This document shows, piece after piece, positions 27,569 to 37,095 of a stretch of DNA of 64,000 nt (position 1 is the stretch's first letter; each line of letters opens with the position of its first letter). Under the pieces are notes generated by a model. It saw only the letters and a list, made by a program, of their open reading frames with translations. It did no database searches and was not told the DNA's origin. The stretch is from Acidimicrobiia bacterium. Its GTDB lineage: Bacteria > Actinomycetota > Acidimicrobiia > Spongiisociales > UBA5794. Where the stretch lies: assembly GCA_030066875.1 (NCBI GenBank), contig JASJAS010000001.1:20923-84922 (forward strand), written 5' to 3'. A program made the translations under genes and the position numbers.

Positions 27569-28567
27569 GTGATGCGACTTGCAGCGATGGCGATTGCGCT
27601 TGCTCTTGCCGTAACCTCGTGCGGGGAGGGGAGCGAAACCATCACCATCTACTCGGGGCGTACCGAGAATCTGATCGGGCCGCTTCTCGACGAGTTCTCC
27701 GACAGTACCGGAATCGACGTTGAGGTCCGCTACGGCCAGTCCGCCGATCTTGCGCTGCTGATCGATCAGGAGGGGGATCGGAGTCCGGCAGATGTCTTCA
27801 TATCGCAAAGTCCAGGGGCCGTCGGGTTCCTCGCCGGCAACGATCGGCTGGCGCCTATTGGTGAAGGGGTCCTCGATCTCGTTCCCGCTGAGTTTCGCAA
27901 CTCCGATGGCAAGTGGGTCGGGATGTCCGGTCGGGTGCGAGTGATCGTGTACAACGAAGACCTCGTTGACCCGTCGGAACTTCCGGATTCCATACTCGAA
28001 CTGACCGCCGAGCGATTCCGCGGGCGGGTTGCCGTCGCGCCTGCGAACGGGTCGTTCCAGGACTTCGTGACCGCGATGCGGGAGACGACCGGCGATGATG
28101 CGACGCTCGAGTGGCTCGAGGGGCTGGTCGCCAACGATGCACAGACGTACACGAACAACTCGTCGATTGTCCAGGCGGTTGGTCGGGGTGACGTCCCGAT
28201 GGGGCTTGTGAATCACTACTACAACCTCCGCGCTCAGGCAGAGGATCCAGGCGTCGTCTCCCAGAACTACTTCTTTCCGGACGGGGATATCGGCTCGCTG
28301 CTCATTGCCACCGCTGCCGGTGTGATCTCCACGACCGACGATGCTGAGCTAGCCGACCGGTTTGTCGAGTTCATGCTGAGCCCGGCGGCGCAGGAGTTCC
28401 TCAGCGAGGAGACCTTTGAGTATCCGTTGGCGTCGGGGATTCAGTCTCCGGACGGATTGCCTCCCTTGTCGAGCATTGATGTCGCCACGTACGACTTCGA
28501 TCGGCTCGGTGGCGGGCTTGAACGGACGAAAGAACTGATCGATGAGAGTGGGCTCGAAAGCTCCTGA
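27569..28567 (+). CDS. ABC transporter periplasmic substrate-binding lipoprotein (FbpA/AfuA-like, Fe3+)
   Basis: It has the lipobox 'AVTSCG' and a cluster-1 SBP fold. It sits in an operon with a two-domain permease and a TOBE ATPase. Confidence 0.7.
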   Translation: MMRLAAMAIALALAVTSCGEGSETITIYSGRTENLIGPLLDEFSDSTGIDVEVRYGQSADLALLIDQEGDRSPADVFISQSPGAVGFLAGNDRLAPIGEGVLDLVPAEFRNSDGKWVGMSGRVRVIVYNEDLVDPSELPDSILELTAERFRGRVAVAPANGSFQDFVTAMRETTGDDATLEWLEGLVANDAQTYTNNSSIVQAVGRGDVPMGLVNHYYNLRAQAEDPGVVSQNYFFPDGDIGSLLIATAAGVISTTDDAELADRFVEFMLSPAAQEFLSEETFEYPLASGIQSPDGLPPLSSIDVATYDFDRLGGGLERTKELIDESGLESS

Positions 28568-30146
28568 GCGGTCCCCGTCGGCAGCGGGGCTTAGCCGTCG
28601 GCTCGCCTGGTCGGGGGCGCTTGTCGCAGCCATCGGGCTGATCTTCCTCTTTCCCCTGGGATTCCTCCTTTGGGAAACGGTGGCTCTCGGGGATGACCTC
28701 TGGGGGACGTTGCTGAGCAGGAGGGCAATGGTTCCGCTCGCCAAGTCTCTGCTCATCGCAACAACGACGGCCGTGGCGTGTGCGGTTCTAGGTACGACAC
28801 TTGCGGTGCTCGTCGCGCGGACGAATCTGCCGGGCCGCAGAGTGCTTCGCGTCGTTCTAGCGCTCCCACTCGCCATACCGTCTTTCGTCGGGGCCACCGC
28901 GCTGCTCGCCGCTTTCGGGCCCGGTGCACTGATCACGGCGCTACCACGGCCGGAGGGTTTCTGGGGTGCTCTCGTTGTGCTCACCCTGCTCAGCTATCCC
29001 TACGTCTACTTGCCGGTTCTCAGCCGTCTCAGGAGCACGGCACCGTCGCTGGAAGAAGCTGCTCGACAACTCGGTAGCACCCCGCGGCGTACGCTCCTGC
29101 GCATCGTCATGCCGCAGCTGCGCAGCGCAATCGCAGCCGGCACACTCCTCGTTCTCCTCTACGGCCTCAGCGATTTCGGTGCAGTGTCGTTGATGCGCTA
29201 CGACACCATCACTCGAGCGATCTTCTCGTCGCGGCTATTCGATCGGGCTACATCATTGACGCTCGGCCTGCTCCTGGCCGTGCTCGCCCTCGTCGTGGTT
29301 GCCGCGGAGAGGGCCATCGTGAGCCGGCGGCGGGAGATCTCCACTGTCGGACGTCGCCAGCCGGTCTACGGCCTGGGTCGGCTCCGGGGGCCGGCGGCCG
29401 TGCTTGTTGTGGTTGTGCTCGGCGCGGCGCTGGTGACGCCCATCGCGGTCTTCGTAGTGTGGATTCTGCGTGGCTCAGCGACCATCGGTTCCGAGTTTGC
29501 AGGCTTCGGTGACGGTCTGGGTTTCCTGGTCTCGCCAGTAGTCAATTCGATCCTGGCCTCGGTCGCCGCCGGTATCGGCGCCGCTGCAATAGTGCTGCCG
29601 GTAGCGCTGGCCGAGGTCCGCAGGCGCACGCTACTTGCCGACGCCTCCGCAGTCGCAGTCACATCGGTGTTCGCCTTGCCCGGGCTGGTCGTGGCCCTTG
29701 CCGTCGTGTTCTGGGCGATTCAGGCTCCGGCACCCTTGGCGGGTCTCTACCAGAGCTTCCCGCTTCTGATATTGGGCTATGTGCTTCACTTCGGGGCGCA
29801 GTCGCTGAGGTCGTCGCAAGCCGCGATAGCTGCAATACCGGAACAGATCGATGCGGCGGCACGGACCCTCGGTGTGGGCCCACGTCGGCGCCTTCTCGAG
29901 CTAGACCTGCCCTTGATGGCCCCGGGCCTGATCGCGGGTGCCGGTCTCGTCATGTTGTCTACCCTCAAGGAGCTCCCCGCGACTCTGCTGCTGGCTCCTA
30001 TCGGTTTTCAGACGCTGGCTACCAAGACCTGGGGAGCAGCCGAAGACGGTTTCTATGCGGAAGTCGGCGCAACCGCGCTGGTTCTGGTCGCCCTGTCCGC
30101 GTTGCTCACCTGGCTGCTAGTCCTCCGACCGGAGCTCAGCAGATGA
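28542..30146 (+). CDS. ABC transporter permease, duplicated two-domain type (FbpB-like, ~12 TM)
   Basis: It is 534 aa and shows two internal repeats, each with an EAA-like loop. Confidence 0.75.
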   Translation: MRVGSKAPERSPSAAGLSRRLAWSGALVAAIGLIFLFPLGFLLWETVALGDDLWGTLLSRRAMVPLAKSLLIATTTAVACAVLGTTLAVLVARTNLPGRRVLRVVLALPLAIPSFVGATALLAAFGPGALITALPRPEGFWGALVVLTLLSYPYVYLPVLSRLRSTAPSLEEAARQLGSTPRRTLLRIVMPQLRSAIAAGTLLVLLYGLSDFGAVSLMRYDTITRAIFSSRLFDRATSLTLGLLLAVLALVVVAAERAIVSRRREISTVGRRQPVYGLGRLRGPAAVLVVVVLGAALVTPIAVFVVWILRGSATIGSEFAGFGDGLGFLVSPVVNSILASVAAGIGAAAIVLPVALAEVRRRTLLADASAVAVTSVFALPGLVVALAVVFWAIQAPAPLAGLYQSFPLLILGYVLHFGAQSLRSSQAAIAAIPEQIDAAARTLGVGPRRRLLELDLPLMAPGLIAGAGLVMLSTLKELPATLLLAPIGFQTLATKTWGAAEDGFYAEVGATALVLVALSALLTWLLVLRPELSR

Positions 30147-30271
30147 GGCCCGAAGTAACGTCAGCTGTTCATGGAAAGGCACAACTGAAGACTCGGGCCG
30201 AAGGTCATAAGGCCGGCCAGAGAATCAGGGACCTACGGCCCTACTCGGTTTGCACTGTCTCGGTAGAGTTA

Positions 30272-30284
30272 TAGGTATGCCTAA
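30272..30284. promoter_or_regulatory. IdeR-box-like motif (reverse complement TTAGGCATACC) upstream of feoA
   Basis: It shares the core AGGCATACC with the site at 26371–26381. Confidence 0.3.
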
Positions 30285-30379
30285 ACAAAAGCTGTCCGGA
30301 GAATCAGTCTCGCCTGAACTCACGCGCACCACCGGATCGCGTGCGGTGGGGCCCACCTCCTCAGCCTGCGTGGCGCGTC

Positions 30380-30646
30380 ATGTTGCCCCGTAGCGCAACC
30401 TCGACCGAGCCGCCGACAGAAGCCCGGCTGACGCTGGCAGCGGCCGAGCGGCATTCCAAGGTGCGAGTGACCCGCGTCTCGGGCCAACCGCGGCTCATCC
30501 AGCGGCTCGCTGCCCTGGGCGTGGTGCCTGGGGTGATCATGACGGTACTCAAACCCCATGGGCCCACGCTCGTTTCTATGGGTGGAGCCCGGATCGCAAT
30601 CGGCAAGGCGGCTGCCAAGCATGTGGAAATCGAGGTGGCTCAGTGA
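30380..30646 (+). CDS. feoA: ferrous iron transport protein FeoA
   Basis: It has the SH3-like FeoA pattern 'VRVTRVSG...GVVPGVIMTVL...GGARIAIGKAAAKHVEIEV'. Its stop overlaps the feoB start as GTGA. Confidence 0.65.
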   Translation: MLPRSATSTEPPTEARLTLAAAERHSKVRVTRVSGQPRLIQRLAALGVVPGVIMTVLKPHGPTLVSMGGARIAIGKAAAKHVEIEVAQ

Positions 30647-32844
30647 CGACGCCTGTGGTTGCAGTCGCCGGCAGCCCAAATGCGGGTAAGACCTCTCTAT
30701 TCAATCAGCTGACGGGAGCCCGGCAGAAGGTAGGCAACTGGCCGGGCCAAACCGTCGACAAGTACACAGGCAAGTTCAAGATTGACGGATCGACGGTAGA
30801 AGTCGTCGATTTACCCGGTGCGTATGGTCTCGTCGCCATCTCCGAGGAAGAGGCCATTGCTGCGACCTACCTCGCCGAGGGACAACCGGATGTGGTGGTG
30901 ACGGTGGTGGACTCCTCGAACCTAACGGGGAGTCTCCACCTCGCTGCCCAGATAGCCGAGGCCGGCCATCGCCAGGTCATCGCCCTCAACATGGTCGATG
31001 TTGCCGAGCGGCGCGGCATCAGTATCGACGAAGCGGTGCTGGCAGAACGTCTCGGTGCCGAGGTGGTGCCCACGGTCGCCAGGCGCGGCACCGGTATTGA
31101 CGAACTCAAGCGAGCAGTGCTGCGAGCATTCGAGCGCCAGCCGCACCAACTCATCGTCGACTACGGGGCGGTGGTCGAAAGACATCTCGGTGGGTTGGTC
31201 GAGCGAATCGTGGAGCATCCCGAACTTGCCGCCGTCCAGTCGCCGCGCTGGAGCGCTCTCCAGCTGCTGGCCGGCGACCAAGGCCTGCGGCGGCGCTTGG
31301 CCGATGTCGCCGGAGGCGCCGAGGTGGTCGACGCAGCTGATGAGTTCCGCGTCGGCATCAACAAGGAGGCCGGCTCAAACTGCGAGATGGAACTCGCCGA
31401 ACACCGTTTCAACTGGATTGCGCAGCTCGTTGATGAGATGACCGGCGCTGCAATCGACCGCACGACGTGGTCGGACCGCATCGATCGTGTGCTGACCAAC
31501 CGCTACTTCGGCATCCCGATCTTCCTGGTGATGATGTGGGTGGTGCTGCGCATCACTGCAGATGTCAGTGCACCGTTTCTCGACTGGGTCGATGCCACCA
31601 TCTCAGGGCCGATTGCTCGCTGGTTCGTGGGGCTACTCGATCTGGTGGGTCTCGACGGGACCTGGGTCGAGAGCATGGTCGTCGACGGCGTTCTTGCCGG
31701 TGTCGGCGGGGTTCTCGTGTTCGTCCCGGTTCTGTTCAGCCTGTATCTGTGTCTAGCCATCCTGGAGGACACCGGCTACATGGCCCGGGCTGCAGCGGTG
31801 ATGGATCGGGCGATGCGTGCCGTCGGCATCCCGGGCAAGGCATTCCTGCCGATGATGGTTGGCTTCGGTTGCACCGTCCCCGCTATCTATGCAACCCGGA
31901 CACTCGACTCATCTCGGGATCGCCTGCTCACCGGGCTGATCGCCCCGTTCATGTCGTGCGGAGCTCGCCTCCCGGTCTACGTCCTGCTGGCTGCGATCTT
32001 CTTTGCCGAGGCCACGAGCACGGTCGTGTTCGGTATGTACGTTCTCGGGATCCTGGTCGCCGTTCTCATCGGTCTTCTCCTCAGCCGCACAGCGTTGCGC
32101 GAGGAGGAACCGACACCGTTTGTCATGGTGATGCCCGAGTTCCGTCTCCCCAACACCCGCACCGTTTGGATGCTGGTGTGGCAACGGACCATGGCCTTCA
32201 TCAGGGGTGCCGGCACGACGATTCTGCTCGCCAGCATGGCGGTCTGGCTGTTGCTCGCCATCCCAGTGGGCGGCGGCGGCAGTTTTGCTAACGCGGAGGT
32301 CGAGGACAGCGCATTCGGGGTTGTTGCCAAGGGCTTTGCACCCGTGCTGAATCCTGCAGGTTTCGGCGAGTGGGAGCAGTCCGGTGCGTTGCTTACCGGC
32401 TTCGTCGCCAAGGAAGTCGTTGTCTCGACAATGGCGCAGCTCTATGCAGTCGAAGGTGAAGAGGCGGCCGCAGGCGATCCCAGCTTCGTCGACGATCTAT
32501 CCGAAATCGGCACCACCTTTGGCGAGGCGACGGTTGATACGTTCAAGGCGATACCCGGCGTGATCGGGCTCGACTTCTTCGACCTGGACGACGAGGGCGA
32601 TACTGCGTTGCAGACGGCGGTGCGCGGTTCCTTCGAAGAGAGCAGCGGCGGCTATGGCTCGTTGGCAGCGTTGGCGTTCATGGTGTTCGTGCTGCTGTAC
32701 ACGCCGTGCATGGCGGCAGTCGGTGCCTTCCGTCACGAGTTCGGGACCAAGTGGATGTGGGTCAGCGTGATCGGCCAGTTCATTATCGCCTGGGTTGGGG
32801 CCATGATCGTGTTCCAGGGCGGAAAGTTGCTGGGTCTGGGATGA
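30643..32844 (+). CDS. feoB: ferrous iron transporter FeoB
   Basis: The N-terminal G-domain reads 'VAVAGSPNAGKTSLFNQLTG'. A large polytopic membrane domain follows. Confidence 0.9.
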   Translation: MTTPVVAVAGSPNAGKTSLFNQLTGARQKVGNWPGQTVDKYTGKFKIDGSTVEVVDLPGAYGLVAISEEEAIAATYLAEGQPDVVVTVVDSSNLTGSLHLAAQIAEAGHRQVIALNMVDVAERRGISIDEAVLAERLGAEVVPTVARRGTGIDELKRAVLRAFERQPHQLIVDYGAVVERHLGGLVERIVEHPELAAVQSPRWSALQLLAGDQGLRRRLADVAGGAEVVDAADEFRVGINKEAGSNCEMELAEHRFNWIAQLVDEMTGAAIDRTTWSDRIDRVLTNRYFGIPIFLVMMWVVLRITADVSAPFLDWVDATISGPIARWFVGLLDLVGLDGTWVESMVVDGVLAGVGGVLVFVPVLFSLYLCLAILEDTGYMARAAAVMDRAMRAVGIPGKAFLPMMVGFGCTVPAIYATRTLDSSRDRLLTGLIAPFMSCGARLPVYVLLAAIFFAEATSTVVFGMYVLGILVAVLIGLLLSRTALREEEPTPFVMVMPEFRLPNTRTVWMLVWQRTMAFIRGAGTTILLASMAVWLLLAIPVGGGGSFANAEVEDSAFGVVAKGFAPVLNPAGFGEWEQSGALLTGFVAKEVVVSTMAQLYAVEGEEAAAGDPSFVDDLSEIGTTFGEATVDTFKAIPGVIGLDFFDLDDEGDTALQTAVRGSFEESSGGYGSLAALAFMVFVLLYTPCMAAVGAFRHEFGTKWMWVSVIGQFIIAWVGAMIVFQGGKLLGLG

Positions 32845-33125
32845 GGCTGGCTGCGCTACTCAGCGCGATCGAGGAGTCGAAGGGCCCGGTGACCGGGATC
32901 GAATTGGCACTTCGCCTGGGGGTGTCGCCGGGCGAGGTAGCTGCCATGCTCGACGCGCTTCGCGCCAGCGGGCAGCTCGGTCCGGAGCCGCGCCCGCAGC
33001 AGCCAACCGACACCTGTAGCAGCGCAGGGTCGTGCTCGCTGAGCTGTCCCGGTCCCGAGGAGTGCTCGTTGGTGATCGATCTCAGCGTGGCCGGTCTCGA
33101 GATCAGATCGTCCCTGGCGGGATGA
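32841..33125 (+). CDS. FeoC-like winged-helix Cys-rich protein
   Basis: An ATGA overlap links it to the feoB stop. An HTH-like N-terminus is followed by the four-Cys cluster 'CSSAGSCSLSCPGPEEC'. Confidence 0.5.
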   Translation: MRLAALLSAIEESKGPVTGIELALRLGVSPGEVAAMLDALRASGQLGPEPRPQQPTDTCSSAGSCSLSCPGPEECSLVIDLSVAGLEIRSSLAG

Positions 33126-33131
33126 TCCGAC

Positions 33132-33923
33132 TTACCCTCCTCGGCCGGACCCGAGCGGTTCTCCCGTTTCGAGCAGGGTCTTCATCCCGGCAACGATGTA
33201 GGGGATGCCGCCGCTGAAGTCACCGTAGGTTTTCGACTCGGGGTCCATGTATGACTCCACGGTGACGCTGGTGAGTCCGTTGGCTTCGTCGATGATCCAC
33301 ACCATCCGCACCGGGCCCTCTTCGGATAGTTCCTGATCCCAGCGGGCGTGGAACATGAGCTCGAGCCGGTGGGGCTCGTCGACTGCGATGATCACGCCGT
33401 CGGCCACCACGGAGCCCTCGGGGGAGAGGTAGCGGATCGGAGCCGCCTCGGTGAAATCCGATTCGACCCGGGTCCCGTAGTAATACTGCACCGTGAGGTC
33501 GCCGCTGACGATGGCGTTCCAGGCGGCCTCCGGTGTGCATTTGATGTACGTCTGATAGACGTGGCTCGGTACGGTCATGCCGTCTTCCTCCAATTGGTTC
33601 TTGAGCCGGGCGAGGCCACCAACCCAGGGCTCGGTGTAGCGGCGTATCCAGCGGTCGTGAACTTCGCGAATCGGAACCGGGTTCAGATAGTGATGCTTGC
33701 TCCTGCCGACCTTCTTGGTTACGACCACGCCGGCTTCCTCCAGGACCCGGAGGTGGTTCATCACACCGAATCGCGTCATGTCCGGGAGCCGGGCAGTCAG
33801 TTGTGTCAGCGTCTGGCCGTCCTGCTCGAACAGCGAGTCGAGCAGCAGCCGTCGGCTGGGGTCGTCGAGCGCCTTGAACACCGCATCCATACTCCCGGTC
33901 ATAATAGGTGAGCAATTACTCAC
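33132..33923 (-). CDS. ArsR/SmtB-family HTH fused to SRPBCC (AHSA1/activator of Hsp90 ATPase-like) domain
   Basis: 'LDDPSRRLLLDSL...LTQLTARLPDMTRFGVMNHLRVLEEAGVV' is ArsR-like. A C-terminal domain of about 150 aa with an AHSA1-like pattern follows. Confidence 0.65.
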   Translation of the reverse strand: MSNCSPIMTGSMDAVFKALDDPSRRLLLDSLFEQDGQTLTQLTARLPDMTRFGVMNHLRVLEEAGVVVTKKVGRSKHHYLNPVPIREVHDRWIRRYTEPWVGGLARLKNQLEEDGMTVPSHVYQTYIKCTPEAAWNAIVSGDLTVQYYYGTRVESDFTEAAPIRYLSPEGSVVADGVIIAVDEPHRLELMFHARWDQELSEEGPVRMVWIIDEANGLTSVTVESYMDPESKTYGDFSGGIPYIVAGMKTLLETGEPLGSGRGG

Positions 33924-34347
33924 ATATCAAGTCGGAAATGAGAGCCACCGCCTGCTCAACGCCGTCGGCTGCAATCGGTGAGAGCTCCATGCCGACCTCG
34001 AGGTCGGCAACCGGGATGGAGACGACATAGGCGTGCGCAGGGACCGGTCCGACCGCACCGGTCATCGTCAGCAGACCTTGTGGCGTGACGTGGTGGGTCC
34101 ATCCAGAGTCTTCTTCCGCCCCGGCCGATATGCGCTCCGAGGTCGTGGCGGCGACATCGAGGCTGGCATCGACGAAGATCACCCGGTCGGCCGCCACCAT
34201 TTCGAGCGTGAGCTCAGGGGTGAGCTGTGACTGCGAGCGGACCTCGACCCCGGGTATTTCAAGCGCCGCGATGCGGTCGGCAACGATGCGACCTGCGCCG
34301 TCATCTCCACGGAGGTCGTTGCCGTAGCCGACTACCAGAGTCTTCAC
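33916..34347 (-). CDS. hoxW: [NiFe] hydrogenase maturation endopeptidase (HoxW/HybD family)
   Basis: 'MKTLVVGYGNDLRGDDGAGRIVADRI' is the HybD-family N-terminus. Confidence 0.75.
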   Translation of the reverse strand: MKTLVVGYGNDLRGDDGAGRIVADRIAALEIPGVEVRSQSQLTPELTLEMVAADRVIFVDASLDVAATTSERISAGAEEDSGWTHHVTPQGLLTMTGAVGPVPAHAYVVSIPVADLEVGMELSPIAADGVEQAVALISDLICE

Positions 34348-34357
34348 AGTGGCAGTC

Positions 34358-35797
34358 CTAACCCCGCCGCACCTCGTCCACCTTGGTGCCCTCGTGGTCG
34401 AACAGGCTGACCTGCAGAGGCATCTTCCCGATGGCGTGCGTCGAGCAGCTGAGGCACGGGTCGAAAGCTCGAATCCCAGCTTCGACCCGGTTGAGGACCG
34501 GCTCCGGAATCTTGTGGCCGTCCACCCATTCCCGGGCGATTTGCAGCACCGTTTCGTTCATCGCCAGGTTGTTCTGTCCGGTGGCGATGATCATGTTGAC
34601 GTGCTCGAGTAGCCCGCTGGCGTCTACCTGGTACTCGTGAAACAGGGTTCCCCGGGGAGCTTCAGACGCGCCCACCGCTCTCCGGTGGTTGATTCCCGCG
34701 GTAGCTCGCACCATTGGATCGAGAATCGAGTCGTCGGAGAGGTATGACCGCATGAGTTCGGTTGAAGCCAGTATTTCGATCAGCCGGGCGTAGTGGTAGA
34801 AGAACGATGAGTTCGCCGTTCCTCCAACCGTCTCGCGATAGGCCTGTAATGCTTCATCGGCCAGCGGCGCTCCCATCGTCTTGCAAACATTGAGTCGAGC
34901 CAGTGGGCCGACCCGGTAGACGCCCTTGAAGACGTCATCCTTGCCTTCGACGAGTGGCTTGAAGTACGGGGACTTCAAGTACGAGTCGTGCCGGGGCGCT
35001 TCGCCGATGTACTTCCGGTAGTCGGCAGCCGGGACGTTGTCGGCGACGACCTTTCCTTCTGCGTCGACAAAGCGGAGATGGCCGTCGTAGTTCTCCCAGG
35101 TACCGGCATCATTGGCGAGTCCGAGATGCAGGCTGGGAAAGGTCCCAAAGGCTCGCGCTTCGCGTTCGAACTTGTCCAGCATCGAGATGAACAACTCGAG
35201 CGCCTCTTCGGCGGTTTGCTGCGCTTCATCGAGACCGGCCAGCATCCGATCCCGGGTCTCCACCGTCATCGGTTCTGCGATTCCGCCGGGCACGATTCCG
35301 GGGGAGTGGACCTTGCGGCCGGCGATGGCCTCGATGACCGACTGGCCGAACCCACGCAAGCGGATGCCACGGCGTGCCAGTTCCGGTTCGGCTCCCATGA
35401 GGCCGAAGACGTTGCGGACCGCCGGGTCAGCGTCCCAACCCAAGAGGAGATCCGGTGAGCTGAGATGGAAGAAGCTCAGGGCGTGGCTCTGGATGATCTG
35501 GCCCAGGTTGACCACCCGGCGCAGCCTGACGGCGGTCGAGGGGATACGGACGCCCATGACCTCGTCACCCGCTTTAGCCGATGCCAGTAGATGGCTGACC
35601 GGACAGATTCCACAGGTACGGGCCGTCAAGCTGGGCATCTCCCAGACCGGCCGACCCTTGCAGAACTCCTCGAACCCGCGGAATTCCGTGACGCTGAACC
35701 GGGCTGTGTCGACCTTGCCCGCTTCGTCGAGTGCAAGGGTTATCTTGGCGTGACCTTCGATCCGGGTGACCGGATCAATTGTTACGGTGTTTGACAT
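34358..35797 (-). CDS. hoxH: [NiFe] hydrogenase large subunit (group 3d, HoxH)
   Basis: The L1 motif is 'RTCGICPVSH' and the L2 motif is 'DPCLSCSTH'. A C-terminal extension follows that the maturation protease would cleave. Confidence 0.85.
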   Translation of the reverse strand: MSNTVTIDPVTRIEGHAKITLALDEAGKVDTARFSVTEFRGFEEFCKGRPVWEMPSLTARTCGICPVSHLLASAKAGDEVMGVRIPSTAVRLRRVVNLGQIIQSHALSFFHLSSPDLLLGWDADPAVRNVFGLMGAEPELARRGIRLRGFGQSVIEAIAGRKVHSPGIVPGGIAEPMTVETRDRMLAGLDEAQQTAEEALELFISMLDKFEREARAFGTFPSLHLGLANDAGTWENYDGHLRFVDAEGKVVADNVPAADYRKYIGEAPRHDSYLKSPYFKPLVEGKDDVFKGVYRVGPLARLNVCKTMGAPLADEALQAYRETVGGTANSSFFYHYARLIEILASTELMRSYLSDDSILDPMVRATAGINHRRAVGASEAPRGTLFHEYQVDASGLLEHVNMIIATGQNNLAMNETVLQIAREWVDGHKIPEPVLNRVEAGIRAFDPCLSCSTHAIGKMPLQVSLFDHEGTKVDEVRRG

Positions 35798-35806
35798 CGT
35801 GACTCC

Positions 35807-36373
35807 TCAACCGAATCGGATAGCTTCGCCCCGATTCGGGGGAAGGACGCCTTCTAGCAAAGCCTCCAGCGCCGCCCGGATGCGATCGGCCGGTGGTGGG
35901 CACCCGGGGATGAATGCGTCGACCCTGATCACCTTGTGCAGCGGCAAGACCTCCGGCAGCAACGCCGGCACGATCCCTGGGGCATCGGGGATCTGGCCGT
36001 CCCGGTCCGGGGCATCCACGTAGACACTCTGCAGTATCTGCAGCGGATCCCCCAGCGGGTTGCGCATTGCGGTGACATTCCCGGTCACCGCACAGTCGCC
36101 GAAAGACAGCACCAGTCTCGACTTGCCCCTTATCTCCCGAGCCAGCTCCAAGTTGTCCTCGTTGGTAACTGCCCCTTCGATGAGGGTGGCATCGACGTCG
36201 CTGGGGAACTCCTTGACGTCGGCGATCGGGCTGTAGACGATGTCGGCGACCTCGGCCAGCTCGAACAGCCACTCGTCCATATCGAGGAACGACATGTGGC
36301 AACCGGAGCAGCCGCCCAGCCAGGCGGTGGCGATGCGTGCTTGTTTCACTGCTCCTCCCCGGGATAAAGCCAC
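35807..36373 (-). CDS. hoxY: [NiFe] hydrogenase small subunit (HoxY, NuoB-like)
   Basis: It has '[11 protein letters not shown]' and 'GDCAVTG', and the length (188 aa) is typical of group 3 small subunits. Confidence 0.8.
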   Translation of the reverse strand: MALSRGGAVKQARIATAWLGGCSGCHMSFLDMDEWLFELAEVADIVYSPIADVKEFPSDVDATLIEGAVTNEDNLELAREIRGKSRLVLSFGDCAVTGNVTAMRNPLGDPLQILQSVYVDAPDRDGQIPDAPGIVPALLPEVLPLHKVIRVDAFIPGCPPPADRIRAALEALLEGVLPPNRGEAIRFG

Positions 36374-37095
36374 TCGCCGCGATTGCGGGCGACGGCGAGG
36401 CGCTGGATCATGGCCGGGTCGTGCTCCATCTCGCCGATGGCGCGTCCCTCATAAGCCAGGGACCCGGTGGGGCATACGGCGACGCACTTCCCGCACCAAG
36501 TGCAGGAGAGTGATTCGCCCCAAGGCTTGTTCATCTCGGTGACGAGATGAGCTTCCTCGCCGCGAAAGCCGATGTCCCACACGTGAGCGCCCTCGATCTC
36601 GTCGCAGACCCGGACACACCGGGTGCACAGGATGCATCGGTTGGGGTCAAACACGTACTTAGGGTGACTGGCATCGATCTCACGCAAGGGAGATTGGTAG
36701 TCGTAGCGGACATGGTCCATGCCGCAGAGCACGGCCATGTCCTGAAGCTCGCATTTCCCATTGGAGACGCAAACGGCGCAGACGTGGTTGCCCTCGGCGA
36801 ACAGCAGCTCGAGGATCGCCTTTCGATATGCCCGCAAACGGGGGGTCTCGACCTTGACCTCCATGTCTGCGGCGATCTGGGTTGCACATGCGGGACGCAG
36901 GCGGTGGTCCTCGGCTATTTCGACGACGCAGATGCGGCAGCCGCCCCAAACGGAGAGCCCTTCGAGGAAGCACAGCGACGGAACGGTGACTCCGTTGCGT
37001 CGAGCGCACTGCAGGACGGATTCCCCGGCATACCCCTCATACTCGACCCCGTCGAAGCTGACATGGACGGCGGAACGTGTCTCACGCATGGACAA
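36346..37095 (-). CDS. hoxU: diaphorase FeS subunit HoxU (NuoG N-terminal-like: 2Fe-2S + 4Fe-4S)
   Basis: It has an N-terminal 2Fe-2S fold and several Cys clusters ('[13 protein letters not shown]', '[12 protein letters not shown]'). Confidence 0.8.
   Translation of the reverse strand: MSMRETRSAVHVSFDGVEYEGYAGESVLQCARRNGVTVPSLCFLEGLSVWGGCRICVVEIAEDHRLRPACATQIAADMEVKVETPRLRAYRKAILELLFAEGNHVCAVCVSNGKCELQDMAVLCGMDHVRYDYQSPLREIDASHPKYVFDPNRCILCTRCVRVCDEIEGAHVWDIGFRGEEAHLVTEMNKPWGESLSCTWCGKCVAVCPTGSLAYEGRAIGEMEHDPAMIQRLAVARNRGEWLYPGEEQ

Noticed and set aside
30143-30274. 43-codon ORF overlapping the ABC permease stop
   Set aside because: It has no RBS and no recognisable motif. It lies in the feoA upstream region that contains the IdeR-box-like site, so it is more likely regulatory DNA.
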